A DNA stretch of 64,000 nt. Origin: an uncultured Thermotogae bacterium. Its GTDB lineage: Bacteria > Bipolaricaulota > Bipolaricaulia > UBA7950 > UBA9294. Both the position numbers and the translations under genes were made by a program. Under the pieces are notes generated by a model, which was given only the letters and a program-made list of their open reading frames with translations, did not search any database and had not been told where the DNA came from. The stretch is from assembly GCA_964570515.1 (NCBI GenBank), contig CAZMYM010000006.1, forward strand, positions 15,613 through 79,612, in the 5' to 3' direction. Below, one piece after another: positions 45,830 to 55,317 of this stretch. How positions within the stretch are numbered: position 1 is the stretch's first letter; the number at the start of each line of letters is the position of its first letter.

Positions 45830-48180
45830 GACGGCGATCCCTTCTCGACCTTCTCCTCGAGAATCCGCAGCAGAATCCGTTCGTAGGAGAGCGGCAGCGT
45901 GGAGAACTCGATCCCGAGGGCATCGTAGAGCGCGTTCCCGACGGCCGAGGGAACCGAGATCATCGGATGCTCGGCGACGCCGCGCGCGCCGTACGGACCA
46001 CCCGGCTGCGGGTTCTCGAGGAAGATCTGCTCCGTCTCGCGCGGCAGGTCCTTGGCCGTTGGGATCTTGTAGTCGGCGAGCGACGGATTGAGGAAGCGGC
46101 CGCTCTCATCGAACAAGAATCCTTCCGAGAGAGCGGAGCCTAGCCCTTGGACGACGCCGCCAACGACCTGACCGACGACGAGCTTCGGGTTGAGGATCTT
46201 GCCCGCGTCGATGGCGGTCACGATCTTGAGGATCTCGATCTCGCCGGTCTCGGTGTCGATCTCGACCTCGACCGCGTGCGCCCCGTAGGTCCAATACTGC
46301 GCCGGCAGACCTTGCCCGGTCTCCGGGTCGAGGTGCGTCAGCCCCGTCGCGATGAAGCGTCCACGGCCGATGACCGGTCCGCCGATCGAGTTTCCGTTGG
46401 GGAACGTATAGCCGAGCGAAAGCCGGCTGTAGGGGATGCGCTTGTCGGGGCGTTCTCGGGCGAAGACTTCTCCGTTCTCGCAGACGATGTCCGCGGGGTC
46501 GGCGTCGAGTGCCTTTCCGGCGACATCGCGGATCTGGCGGAGGCAGTCGGCGGCGGCTTCGATGACCGCGTTTCCGCCCATGTACGCGAAGCGGCTGGCG
46601 ACCGTTTGCCAGTCGTAGGGCGAGAAGGCGGTGTCGCACTCCCACGTGACGTGTGCGCGCTCGATCGGAATCTTCAGCTCCTCGGCCGCGATCTGCCGCA
46701 GCACGGTGTAGGTCCCCTGACCGTAGTCGACGCCGGAGACGAGGATGTCGGCTGCGCCGTCTTCGTCGAGCTTGATGACCGCGGCACAGCTGGTATAGGT
46801 CGGCATGGCCGGCGCCTTGTGGAGCACCGCGATCCCCTTACCGCGGACCTTGTTCGGCTCGGCCGGCGCTTCGCTCGGCGCCTCCCAGTCGATCGCTTCG
46901 GCGGCCGCTTCGAGGCAGCCGACAGGACTTCCGTGGCCGGACGTGAACGGCTCGCCGGTGATCGTCGTGTCCCCCTCCTTGAGAAGATTTGTGCGACGGA
47001 GCTTCACCGGATCCATGTCGAGCTTCCGGGCCATCATGTCGACCGCTCGCTCGACTCCCCACAACACCTCCAGGTGGCCGAACCCTCGGTACGCGGTGCC
47101 GAAGACCTTGTTGGTGTAGACGACGAAAGAATCGATCCAGCAGTTGTCAATGGCGTACGGACCGGCGCCGGCGTACGCGGCGGCGCGGCCGATGTTGACG
47201 CCGTAGTCTGCGTATGCGCCCGCGTCCCAGACGTAGGTTGACTTGAGGGCCTCGATCTTCCCGGCTGTCGTGCAGCCGATCTCGATTGTCGAGTGCAAAC
47301 CCTGCCGCGAAGGGAGCGTGTTGAACTCCTCCTCGCGGGTCGCGACGACCTTCACCGGCCGCCCGCCGGCCGCCCGCGACAGGACGTAGGCGAGCGGCTC
47401 GAGTCCCAGCCCCGCCTTTCCGCCGAACCCGCCCCCGACGTACGGGACGTGCACGCGGATGTTCGCGTGAGGCATGTCGAACGCGTCGCTCATCAAGTGG
47501 CGGACGGTGTACGGCGATTGGCTCGACGTCCAGATCTCGGCGCGCCCGCCGGGCAAGACCTGGGCGATGGTCGCGTGCGTCTCCATCGGGACGTGCTGGA
47601 CGGGCGGGTTGTAGAAGCTGGCCGTCAGCTGAACGTCCGCGTGTCCGAACGCTGCATCGAAGTCGCCCTTCCGGATCTTCTGGTGATGGGCGATGTTCGT
47701 GTGCTCCTTGGGGAAGAAGACGCCCTTCATGTGCTCGTAGTCGGCGAGGTCGGGATGGACGAGGTGTGCGCCTTCGGCCATCGCGTCTCGCGGATCGAGG
47801 ACGGCGTCGAGAGGCTCGTACTCGACCTCGATTTGCGAGCAGGCTTCGCGTGCGATGTCGAGGCTGTCGGCTGCGACGGCAACGACGGCCTCTCCCTGGT
47901 AGCGCACGACCTCCCGAGCAAGGATGCATTTGTCTTGCATGTAGAGGCCGAGGCGATAGCAGAGACTGTCTCCTGTGAGAATCGCGCGCACGCCGGGCAG
48001 TGCCTCGGCCGCTTCGGTGGCGACGCGCACGATGCGCGCCGACGCGTGCGGCGACTTCACGAGGGCCGCGTGGAGCATTCCGGGGACAACAAGGTCGTGG
48101 GTGTAGCGTGCCGTTCCGGCGACCTTGTCAATGCCATCTTCACGGGCAACGCCCTTGCCCACGTAGCGCAGCTCACTCAC
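45826..48180 (-). CDS. Xanthine dehydrogenase family molybdopterin-binding large subunit
   Basis: 784 aa with aldehyde oxidase/xanthine dehydrogenase a/b-hammerhead and MoCo-binding domains (GGGFGGK, ..GQGLHST..). It follows the 2Fe-2S and FAD subunits in an M-S-L order. Confidence 0.88.
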   Translation of the reverse strand: MSELRYVGKGVAREDGIDKVAGTARYTHDLVVPGMLHAALVKSPHASARIVRVATEAAEALPGVRAILTGDSLCYRLGLYMQDKCILAREVVRYQGEAVVAVAADSLDIAREACSQIEVEYEPLDAVLDPRDAMAEGAHLVHPDLADYEHMKGVFFPKEHTNIAHHQKIRKGDFDAAFGHADVQLTASFYNPPVQHVPMETHATIAQVLPGGRAEIWTSSQSPYTVRHLMSDAFDMPHANIRVHVPYVGGGFGGKAGLGLEPLAYVLSRAAGGRPVKVVATREEEFNTLPSRQGLHSTIEIGCTTAGKIEALKSTYVWDAGAYADYGVNIGRAAAYAGAGPYAIDNCWIDSFVVYTNKVFGTAYRGFGHLEVLWGVERAVDMMARKLDMDPVKLRRTNLLKEGDTTITGEPFTSGHGSPVGCLEAAAEAIDWEAPSEAPAEPNKVRGKGIAVLHKAPAMPTYTSCAAVIKLDEDGAADILVSGVDYGQGTYTVLRQIAAEELKIPIERAHVTWECDTAFSPYDWQTVASRFAYMGGNAVIEAAADCLRQIRDVAGKALDADPADIVCENGEVFARERPDKRIPYSRLSLGYTFPNGNSIGGPVIGRGRFIATGLTHLDPETGQGLPAQYWTYGAHAVEVEIDTETGEIEILKIVTAIDAGKILNPKLVVGQVVGGVVQGLGSALSEGFLFDESGRFLNPSLADYKIPTAKDLPRETEQIFLENPQPGGPYGARGVAEHPMISVPSAVGNALYDALGIEFSTLPLSYERILLRILEEKVEKGSPS

Positions 48181-48710
48181 GGCTCTCCGCTCGCTTTCTC
48201 AGCTTTCGTCTGCTCATCATCTGCGAGAAGCGCAGGCGCTTCTCGCGTAAGTTGCCGCGATGCGTTCCGTATCGCGGCAACGACAGCTTCATACCCGGTG
48301 CAGCGACACAGGTTTCCGGCGATTGCTTCGATGATCTCCTCGTCGGACGGGTTCGGACTCCTCGTTAGCAAAGCCCTGGCCGACATGATCATCCCCGGCG
48401 TGCAGAATCCACACTGAATTGCTCCGGCGTCGATGAACGCCTGCTGCAGCGCCGAAAGTTCACCGCCGGTCGCTTCGCCCTCGATGGTTCGTACGTCGTG
48501 TCCGTCGGCCTCAACAGCCAGAACGAGACAGGCTGTGACCGGTGCGCCATCGAGGAGAACGGTGCACGCGCCGCACTCGCCGACTCCGCACCCTTCCTTT
48601 GTACCGGTCAGATGAAGGCGATCTCGAAGGAGTTCGAGGAGCGTCGTCGCTGCCGGGACACTCACGGTCTGCGGTTCGCTATTGACGCGGAACGAAACGG
48701 TGTGCATCAC
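48177..48710 (-). CDS. (2Fe-2S)-binding small subunit of the xanthine dehydrogenase family enzyme
   Basis: 177 aa. Plant-type ferredoxin motif CGVGECGAC and a second cluster motif CGFCTPGM..CRCTGY. Confidence 0.9.
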   Translation of the reverse strand: MMHTVSFRVNSEPQTVSVPAATTLLELLRDRLHLTGTKEGCGVGECGACTVLLDGAPVTACLVLAVEADGHDVRTIEGEATGGELSALQQAFIDAGAIQCGFCTPGMIMSARALLTRSPNPSDEEIIEAIAGNLCRCTGYEAVVAAIRNASRQLTREAPALLADDEQTKAEKASGEP

Positions 48711-49564
48711 GCGCCTCCCTTCGCGTCCAACAGACGCGCGATCAGTCGGCGGATGAGAACGGGCAGGACGGCGCTTCGGTACGTGGCCGACGCACGCACA
48801 TCGCTGATCGGCGAGACGGCGGCCTTCGCCGAGCGAACGGCCTCTTCAGCCAGCGTTTCGGGCGAGTGCGATCCGAGGTCGATGGGCTCGAGGAGCACCG
48901 GCGTGGGTCCGCAGCTCCCGATGGCGATCTTGAGCATCTTGTCCCCCGGCAAGAAGGCACCGGCGACATTGACCACCGCCAGATCGTGCCCCCGGATCCG
49001 TTGTTGCTTGATGAATCCAGTCCTCGCGCCGTCTTGCAGCTGCGGGATTCGTACTTCGGTGACGATTTCATCGGCGCGAAGACATGTCTGCTTGACGTCG
49101 GTACAAAACGCGCGGAGTGGGATCACGCGCTCGCCTTCCTCGCCATGTACGTAGATCTGCGCGCCGAGTACGAGGAGAGGGGGGAGAGAGTCCGAGGCGG
49201 GAGACGCGTTGCACAGATTGCCGACGAGGGTGGCGCGATTGCGGAGCTGATACGTCGCGATGCTGAGGGCCGCCTCGCTCAGCGCGGGGAAGAGCCTGCG
49301 GATCGCCGCGTCCTCGGCGATTCGATTCAGCGGTACGCTCGCTCCGATGACGGCCGTCCGGTCGTTCTCGGAGACTTCAAGGCGGCCGAGCGCCTCGATT
49401 CCCTTGATGTCGACAAGAAGGGCCGGTGTCGTGAGTCCGTTGCGCACGTTCACGAGAAGGTCCGTCCCGCCGGCAAGGATGGCGGCGTGCCCTTCGGCGT
49501 CGGCCAAGTGGCGGGTGGCCTCGCCGATCGAACGTGTGTGCACGTACTCGAAGTTGCCCCGCAC
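48707..49564 (-). CDS. FAD-binding medium subunit (CO dehydrogenase flavoprotein-like) of the xanthine dehydrogenase family enzyme
   Basis: 285 aa. FAD-binding fold AILAGGTDLLVNVR (GxxDL motif). Confidence 0.85.
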   Translation of the reverse strand: MRGNFEYVHTRSIGEATRHLADAEGHAAILAGGTDLLVNVRNGLTTPALLVDIKGIEALGRLEVSENDRTAVIGASVPLNRIAEDAAIRRLFPALSEAALSIATYQLRNRATLVGNLCNASPASDSLPPLLVLGAQIYVHGEEGERVIPLRAFCTDVKQTCLRADEIVTEVRIPQLQDGARTGFIKQQRIRGHDLAVVNVAGAFLPGDKMLKIAIGSCGPTPVLLEPIDLGSHSPETLAEEAVRSAKAAVSPISDVRASATYRSAVLPVLIRRLIARLLDAKGGA

Positions 49565-49818
49565 GGTCGCTCCTTTGCGCGTTCACTGGTACGAAGTGCG
49601 AGACGCCCGTCTGAAACGAGAAAAGACGAGCGTGACGCCTCGTCAAAGGCCCATGATAGGCGACGAGAGAGAATCTGCCAAGTCGTTTGACAGGTTGACC
49701 GATTGGTCGGGATGCACACCGGCAGGAGGACTTGCTGTTCGCTGCGAGAGACGGATTGCGTCGAACCGATCGCGATCAGGCCGACGACATGCGGACTGCT
49801 GCTCGGGAGCTTGGGGGC

Positions 49819-50250
49819 TCAGACGATGAACGTGATGGCGTCGGAGTCGCCGGGTCGTAGGTACTCGACCTCCACACGCGTGACACGAATGAGGCAGAAG
49901 GCCGGGTCGTCCGCGCCCGCCCAATACTGCTTCAAGAACGGGATGTTGGCACCGATCGTCTCCCGCGTCTGCTGGTCGGTCACGACGTTTGCGACGCCGG
50001 CGACGCGGATGTACCCGTTTCCACACTCCTCCGTCAGGGGAAGACAGAACTCAACGTTCGGGTTGCGCAGCATCTGGTGCGCCTTGGCGCTGCGGGTGTG
50101 TGTCGCGACCCAGAACTTCTCGTCGAGATTCAGAAGCGTCATCGGGCGAACCCTCGGCTGATTCGCCTCGGCGGTCGCCAGATAGACGCACTGCAAGTCC
50201 TCGAGCCTCTGCCAGACCTCTTCTTTGATGCGTTCGATTGACGAGCCCAT
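49819..50250 (-). CDS. Pyridoxamine 5'-phosphate oxidase-like FMN-binding split-barrel protein
   Basis: ORF 49819..50286. ATG at 50250 follows GGAGGAGGTTGGTTTC. PNPOx-like fold (..ERIKEEVWQRLEDLQCVYLATAE..RPMTL..). Confidence 0.7.
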   Translation of the reverse strand: MGSSIERIKEEVWQRLEDLQCVYLATAEANQPRVRPMTLLNLDEKFWVATHTRSAKAHQMLRNPNVEFCLPLTEECGNGYIRVAGVANVVTDQQTRETIGANIPFLKQYWAGADDPAFCLIRVTRVEVEYLRPGDSDAITFIV

Positions 50251-50339
50251 GAAACCAACCTCCTCCGCGCGATGTCGATGATCCATTCTACCGTCTTGCA
50301 GAGGTGGCGGTCCCGTTTCGGCTCAAGCGCTGCCTTGTA

Positions 50340-51338
50340 TCAGGTACTGAATGGATTCGCCGACGACGCATCGAGCGCGCTTTCGGCGATGTTGAACCCG
50401 TATTCCCGAATTCGCAGCAGGCTGTCCAGCACGATGCTGACCGATGGAGCATCGTCAGGCTGTTTCTCCGCTGCCGCGGAGCGAGTGAGCTCGAACAGCT
50501 GCTCCGAACGCTCTTTCTCTTGCAGAACGTGATCAGCGAGTTCGGTGTCGGCCTCCTCGAACGACCGGACGGCGCGCTCGAGAATGCTGGTCGAATCTTC
50601 CGCTCGCTCCTGGATCTCCTTCGCCACGGCCGTGACGACCGGGCTTCCCAGCGCAAGAGTTGCTTCGGAGATCTTCCAGGCGTGGTCGGCGACACGCTCG
50701 AGCTGACTGGAGACGGCACGGTAGTGCTGGAACTGCAGCCGCGACAAGCCGTAATCCTCCTCGAGGACGAGGTCCCGCAGAAGCAGACTAAACTGGCGGG
50801 CGACGAGGAGGGCCAGGCGGTCGACGTCGCCGTCGCGCTCGACGACATCGCGGGCCAGCTCCTCATCATGTTGGCAGAAAGCGGTGACGGCATCGGTCAA
50901 CATTGCCCGTGTGATGTCGAAGATCCGCCGCAGCGTCTTTGGCACGGGGAAATCGCGGACGTTGACCAGCGCGTGAAGAACGACAGAGCTTTGGGTCTCT
51001 TCGAAGATCTCAAGCCCGATCAACCCGTGCGCGATCTCTCGAACCATCCGGCGCTGATCCGGACGAATCCTTTCGGCCCGGATCTCGATCATGTCGAAGC
51101 CGGCGATGTATCGCGAGATAATTTCGCGTTGGAACCGTTCGAAGGGCCACTCTTTCAGATCGATGGTGCAGTGGTTCCTGCGAGCGAGGCTCTCCGGAAC
51201 GAGAAGGAGCGTGCCCGAGGCGTTCGGGAGCAGCGTCACGATCGTTCCGGGGGCGATGCCCACGCCCTCCGCCCACGCTTTGGGGAGCGTGACGAAGTAC
51301 GTCGATCCGCCCGTCTTCTGAACTTTCCTCCTGTACAC
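50340..51338 (-). CDS. PhoU-domain phosphate-uptake-regulator-like protein with N-terminal AbrB/SpoVT-type domain
   Basis: The N-terminus KVQKTGGSTYFVTLPKAWAEGVGIAPGTIV is an AbrB/MazE-like swapped-hairpin. Two PhoU-like helical repeats follow. 332 aa. Confidence 0.8.
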   Translation of the reverse strand: MYRRKVQKTGGSTYFVTLPKAWAEGVGIAPGTIVTLLPNASGTLLLVPESLARRNHCTIDLKEWPFERFQREIISRYIAGFDMIEIRAERIRPDQRRMVREIAHGLIGLEIFEETQSSVVLHALVNVRDFPVPKTLRRIFDITRAMLTDAVTAFCQHDEELARDVVERDGDVDRLALLVARQFSLLLRDLVLEEDYGLSRLQFQHYRAVSSQLERVADHAWKISEATLALGSPVVTAVAKEIQERAEDSTSILERAVRSFEEADTELADHVLQEKERSEQLFELTRSAAAEKQPDDAPSVSIVLDSLLRIREYGFNIAESALDASSANPFST

Positions 51339-51619
51339 GATACCTCCATCGGCTGGTTGAGAGTCGTACGGATGCTATAGAAAACCGGCTAGGAAGACAA
51401 AGATTCTCCAGCACGCTATTCCTGGAGAGCTCGAGTCCGCAGTTCATCCGACAGACACTCCCTCCGATCTTCGGCCCGCTGGCCGGTCGGCCCATGTAGC
51501 GGCTCTGGGAAGCTCGTTCGCATCATCAAAGCACCGTCGCTTGCCGGTCCACGTTCCGGTGGGTACGGGCCTCGTTGTCGCCATTTGCCGCCGTCCGTTG
51601 CCCCGCCTATGCTCGGCAC

Positions 51620-52159
51620 ATGACGCCTTCTCTCCGCTCCGTGGACACCGGCCTGAGACCGAGAGCGGTCGTCGTCAACGATCGCATGCAGCAGCACTAC
51701 CGCTACCTGCTGACGGAACGAACGGGGAAGAGCTTCGATTCCGAGTTCCTCCCGGAGCTGACGCCTAAGGAGATGCTCGATCTTGGCATTTTCGGTGGGA
51801 AGTACATGACCGACTGTCGAGACGAATTCCCGGCGAACTGGTTCGCGCACGCGAGGCTCTCACCTGCCCGCCGCGATCCTTCGCTCAACTTCTTCGGGGT
51901 CAATGCGTCGAAGTCCCTCACCTATTGGCGCCAGAAGGGATGGATCCACCCTGACGATCCGAGAGGATGGTTCCAGTGGTATTGCCGCTATTACATGGGA
52001 AGGCGCTGTTCGGACGATGACTGGCAGATCAAGCGCTGGAAGGCGATGAAGCGTCACGCGGCACAAGTCCGCGATCACTGCCTCCCCGGCGACCTCGATT
52101 GCCGCCCGCGACAGCGGCAGGCCTTACTGCACTGGGCATACGACAGTCGCAGGATCTAG
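51620..52159 (+). CDS. Conserved hypothetical protein (180 aa)
   Basis: ORF 51575..52159; ATG at 51620. Protein-like, Trp/Tyr-rich motifs (GIFGGKYMTDC, DPRGWFQWYCRYYMGRR). No confident family assignment. Confidence 0.55.
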   Translation: MTPSLRSVDTGLRPRAVVVNDRMQQHYRYLLTERTGKSFDSEFLPELTPKEMLDLGIFGGKYMTDCRDEFPANWFAHARLSPARRDPSLNFFGVNASKSLTYWRQKGWIHPDDPRGWFQWYCRYYMGRRCSDDDWQIKRWKAMKRHAAQVRDHCLPGDLDCRPRQRQALLHWAYDSRRI

Positions 52160-52183
52160 TCACGACGAACCGATCGTCTTCGC

Positions 52184-53164
52184 CTAGCCGAGAGCTCGCC
52201 CTTTTCCCGAATCGAGGACCTCGACGAGATCTTGCGGGTACGGCTCGAAGTAGACCTGATCCGCGAGGTACCCGACGTCGAACCGGATGATCCACGATCG
52301 GATGATGCTCGTCGGCACCGAAAGCGGGACGTGCCGGTTGCGGTACTGCTCGAGCGCATCGAGGAAGAACGCCTTCTCCTCTGAGGTCAGCGCATCGGAG
52401 ACGTAGCCGAGCGCGTGCATCAGCACGTTGATCGCCGACGTGCGGCGCGGCGCCTTCTCCAGTGCGAGATGCAGGCCGTCGGCGTAGGCAGCGAAGATCT
52501 CCGGCGCCGTTTTCTTCTCCGGGTTTGCGACGATGCGGCCCAGCTCCCGCATCTTCGTTTGGTTGTACGCCATCAACAGCAGCTTGTGCTGAGCGTGGAA
52601 GCCCACGATGTCTCGCATTTCCCCGGAGGTGCGGACACCGCGAAACCGTGCCCATGCAAACAGACGCGTCAGGAAGTGCTGTCGGATGTCGAAGCTCTTC
52701 AACCTTCCTTCGTCCTCGATCGCGCAATGCGGGAACCGCTCAGCGACGGCGCCGCCGAAGACCCCGTGCGTCTTGCTGAATGCTGCGCCCTTCTTGTCAT
52801 TGACGTACAGCTTCACCTCGCGTGGACCGCACGATGGTGACGCGTACTTGAGGATGACCCCATCCGGCGCTTCGAGTTCGGTCAGCCGGCGATCGACGAA
52901 CGTCCGCATCGTCTCGGTGAGATCGCGGCCGGTCTCCGGCTGGACGAGTTTCGGCGCCGCCTCGTCTCCGATGAGACGGATCGGTTGTCGCGGCACGCCG
53001 AGACCGATCTCCACCTCCGGGCAGACCGTCTCCGCGTTAACGAACGGCTTCAGATGCTCGACAACAGGCTCGTTGATGATGTTCCCGTTGTAGCGACAGG
53101 GCTCGAAGCCGAGGCAACGGCTGAACAGGACTCTCGGCGGAACGTGGTCGATCTTCGACGTCAT
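52184..53164 (-). CDS. DUF523/DUF1722 (YbgA-like) protein
   Basis: ORF 52184..53227; ATG at 53164. N-terminal DUF523 (..PRVLFSRCLGFEPCRYNG..) and C-terminal DUF1722 helical domain. Confidence 0.75.
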   Translation of the reverse strand: MTSKIDHVPPRVLFSRCLGFEPCRYNGNIINEPVVEHLKPFVNAETVCPEVEIGLGVPRQPIRLIGDEAAPKLVQPETGRDLTETMRTFVDRRLTELEAPDGVILKYASPSCGPREVKLYVNDKKGAAFSKTHGVFGGAVAERFPHCAIEDEGRLKSFDIRQHFLTRLFAWARFRGVRTSGEMRDIVGFHAQHKLLLMAYNQTKMRELGRIVANPEKKTAPEIFAAYADGLHLALEKAPRRTSAINVLMHALGYVSDALTSEEKAFFLDALEQYRNRHVPLSVPTSIIRSWIIRFDVGYLADQVYFEPYPQDLVEVLDSGKGRALG

Positions 53165-53314
53165 GGTGCGTTCACACGCTCGGCGCGCATTGTCCCATAG
53201 CCTGATGGAAGCGCCGGCTGTTGTCAAGAGTGGAGACCAACCAGAGACTGTCCCAAGGGAAAGCGGCGTCCGGTCGTCGAACCGGAGCCGTTTCGGCTTT
53301 CGTGATGGCTTCTG

Positions 53315-54670
53315 CTACTGGAGCGGCGGGATGATCCCGGTTTCCATCAGGATCTTCACCTCGGCCTGTGCGTGCCGGATCTTGGTCTCGGCCTGTTCAC
53401 GGAGGGCGTCCTCGGAGAGCGGGCGGCGGGCGATCCCCTGTTCAATCGCCTTCATGCCGACGGCGACGGCCTCGTTGACGAAGACCTCGGTCTCCATCAT
53501 CGTCGGCACGATGTACTCCTCAGCGAGCCCCTTGGCCTCCGCCGTCTGTGCGATGGCATAGGCCGCGGCGATCGCCATCTCGTCGGTGATGGTGGCGGCG
53601 AAAACGTCGAGCGCTCCGCGGAAGATGCCGGGAAAGCCGATCGAGTTGTTGATCTGATTCGGGAAATCGGACCGGCCGGTCCCCACGATCCGCACGCCGG
53701 CCTCCTTCGCTTCCCACGGCCAGATCTCGGGGATCGGGTTCGCCATGATGAACGCGATCGCGTCCGGGTTCATTGCTTCGAGCCACTCTTTCTCGATCGT
53801 TCCCGGCCCGGGCCTCGAGGCGGCGATCAGAACGTCGGCGCCGGCGATCGCCTCGGCCGCCCCGCCGGTCCGTCCCTCGGCGTTTGTTTCGTTCGCGTAC
53901 TGCCACTTGTAGGGGTTCTTCTCTTGGTCGGCCTCGAGATCCTCGCGATCCGGGTAAAGGATCCCCTTGGAGTCGACGAGGATGACGTGACCCACCGGAA
54001 CGCCCGCTTGGACGAGAACACGAACGAACGCGATGTTCGCCGCGCCGGAGCCGATGACGGCGTAGGTCGCCTTCGTCATCTCTTTGCCGACGAGCTTCAA
54101 CGCATTGATCACGCCGGCGAGCGTGATCGAGGCTGTCCCCTGCTGGTCGTCATGCCAGACCGGAATGTCGAGCTTCTCGCGCAGTTGATCGAGGATGGCG
54201 AAGCACTTCGGCGTGGCGAAGTCCTCGAGATTGATCCCGCCGAATCCCGGCGCGATCCATTGGACGGCCTGGATGATCTCGTCGGCGTCTTGCGTGTCGA
54301 GGACGATCGGGAAGGCGTCGACGCCTCCTAGGTACTTGAACAGGAGCGATTTACCCTCCATCACCGGGAGCCCCGCCATCGGGCCGATGTTCCCGAGCCC
54401 GAGAACGCGGGAGCCGTCCGAGACGACGGCGATAGCGTTTGCCTTGTTCGTGTAGTCGAAGACCTTGGCGGGATCGGCGTGGATCTCCTTGCACGGCGCA
54501 GCGACTCCAGGTGTGTACCAGATGCCGAAGTCGTCGCAGGTCGATACGGCGCACTTGAGGGTCATCGCGATCTTCCCTCGGTAGAACGCGTGCATCCCCG
54601 GGGCCATCTTCCCCGGCAACTTGGCTCGTTCGAGCCTCTCCTCGACGGTCAGGTTCCGATCCTCGGCCAT
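53315..54670 (-). CDS. NAD(P)-dependent malic enzyme
   Basis: ORF 53315..54715; ATG at 54670. Malic enzyme N-terminal domain (..YTPGVA..VVSDGSRVLGLGNIG..) and an NAD-binding domain GSGAANIA. Confidence 0.88.
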   Translation of the reverse strand: MAEDRNLTVEERLERAKLPGKMAPGMHAFYRGKIAMTLKCAVSTCDDFGIWYTPGVAAPCKEIHADPAKVFDYTNKANAIAVVSDGSRVLGLGNIGPMAGLPVMEGKSLLFKYLGGVDAFPIVLDTQDADEIIQAVQWIAPGFGGINLEDFATPKCFAILDQLREKLDIPVWHDDQQGTASITLAGVINALKLVGKEMTKATYAVIGSGAANIAFVRVLVQAGVPVGHVILVDSKGILYPDREDLEADQEKNPYKWQYANETNAEGRTGGAAEAIAGADVLIAASRPGPGTIEKEWLEAMNPDAIAFIMANPIPEIWPWEAKEAGVRIVGTGRSDFPNQINNSIGFPGIFRGALDVFAATITDEMAIAAAYAIAQTAEAKGLAEEYIVPTMMETEVFVNEAVAVGMKAIEQGIARRPLSEDALREQAETKIRHAQAEVKILMETGIIPPLQ

Positions 54671-54707
54671 TCTGCTGACATTCTCCTTTCGGTGAGTGAA
54701 CTCGCGA

Positions 54708-55316
54708 TCACGCATCGATGCGAGCCGCGACTGCCTTCATGTTCTCGGTGATCATCGGTTCCAACGCCTTGTACAGATTTCCGCCTGCGCTGTCCATCGT
54801 GACAAGCAGGGGCCCGAATTCCCTCACAGTGAAGATCCACACTGCGTCGGCCATCCCGAGTTCATCGAGCCAATGGACGCCGTCCACCCGCTCGATCCGC
54901 TTGGCGGCGAGGGCGCCGGCGCCGCCGGTGTAGTGAGCGTAGACAGCGCCGATTCTCTCCAGCGCGGTCTGGGTTCGATCGCCCATACCGCCCTTGCCGA
55001 TGGTAATCCGAGGTGCGAATGCTTCGAGAAATCGATCCTCGAACGGCTCCATTCGGGCGCTCGTCGTCGGGCCGGCTGCGATCACGCCCCAGCCGGCGCC
55101 GTCGTTGCGAACGATCGGTCCGCAGTGAAAGAGGGCCATCTCACGAGGATCGAACGGAAGCCTGTCACCTCCATCGTGCGCATCGAGCATCGCCCGGTGC
55201 GCACCGTCTCGCGCGGTGAAGACGCGGCCGGTCAGGAAGACGATGTCCCCGACTCGAAGCTCGCGAGCCTGGGTCTCGCTGATGGGCAGGGTCAGGCGCT
55301 TCGGTTCCTGCGTCAT
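54708..55316 (-). CDS. Class I fumarate hydratase / L(+)-tartrate dehydratase family, beta subunit
   Basis: ORF 54708..55361; ATG at 55316. Fe-S hydro-lyase C-terminal-domain family (..RVGDIVFLTGRVFTARDGAHRAM..). Confidence 0.8.
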   Translation of the reverse strand: MTQEPKRLTLPISETQARELRVGDIVFLTGRVFTARDGAHRAMLDAHDGGDRLPFDPREMALFHCGPIVRNDGAGWGVIAAGPTTSARMEPFEDRFLEAFAPRITIGKGGMGDRTQTALERIGAVYAHYTGGAGALAAKRIERVDGVHWLDELGMADAVWIFTVREFGPLLVTMDSAGGNLYKALEPMITENMKAVAARIDA

Positions 55317-55317
55317 G

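Noticed and set aside
44309-48417. Plus-strand ORFs 44309..45235, 46147..47241, 47293..48417 and minus ORF 44922..45923
   Set aside because: Antisense or alternate-frame to fdrA and the xanthine-dehydrogenase large subunit, both of which have clear family motifs.
50304-51380. 358-aa plus ORF
   Set aside because: Antisense to the PhoU/AbrB-domain regulator, which has recognisable domain motifs.
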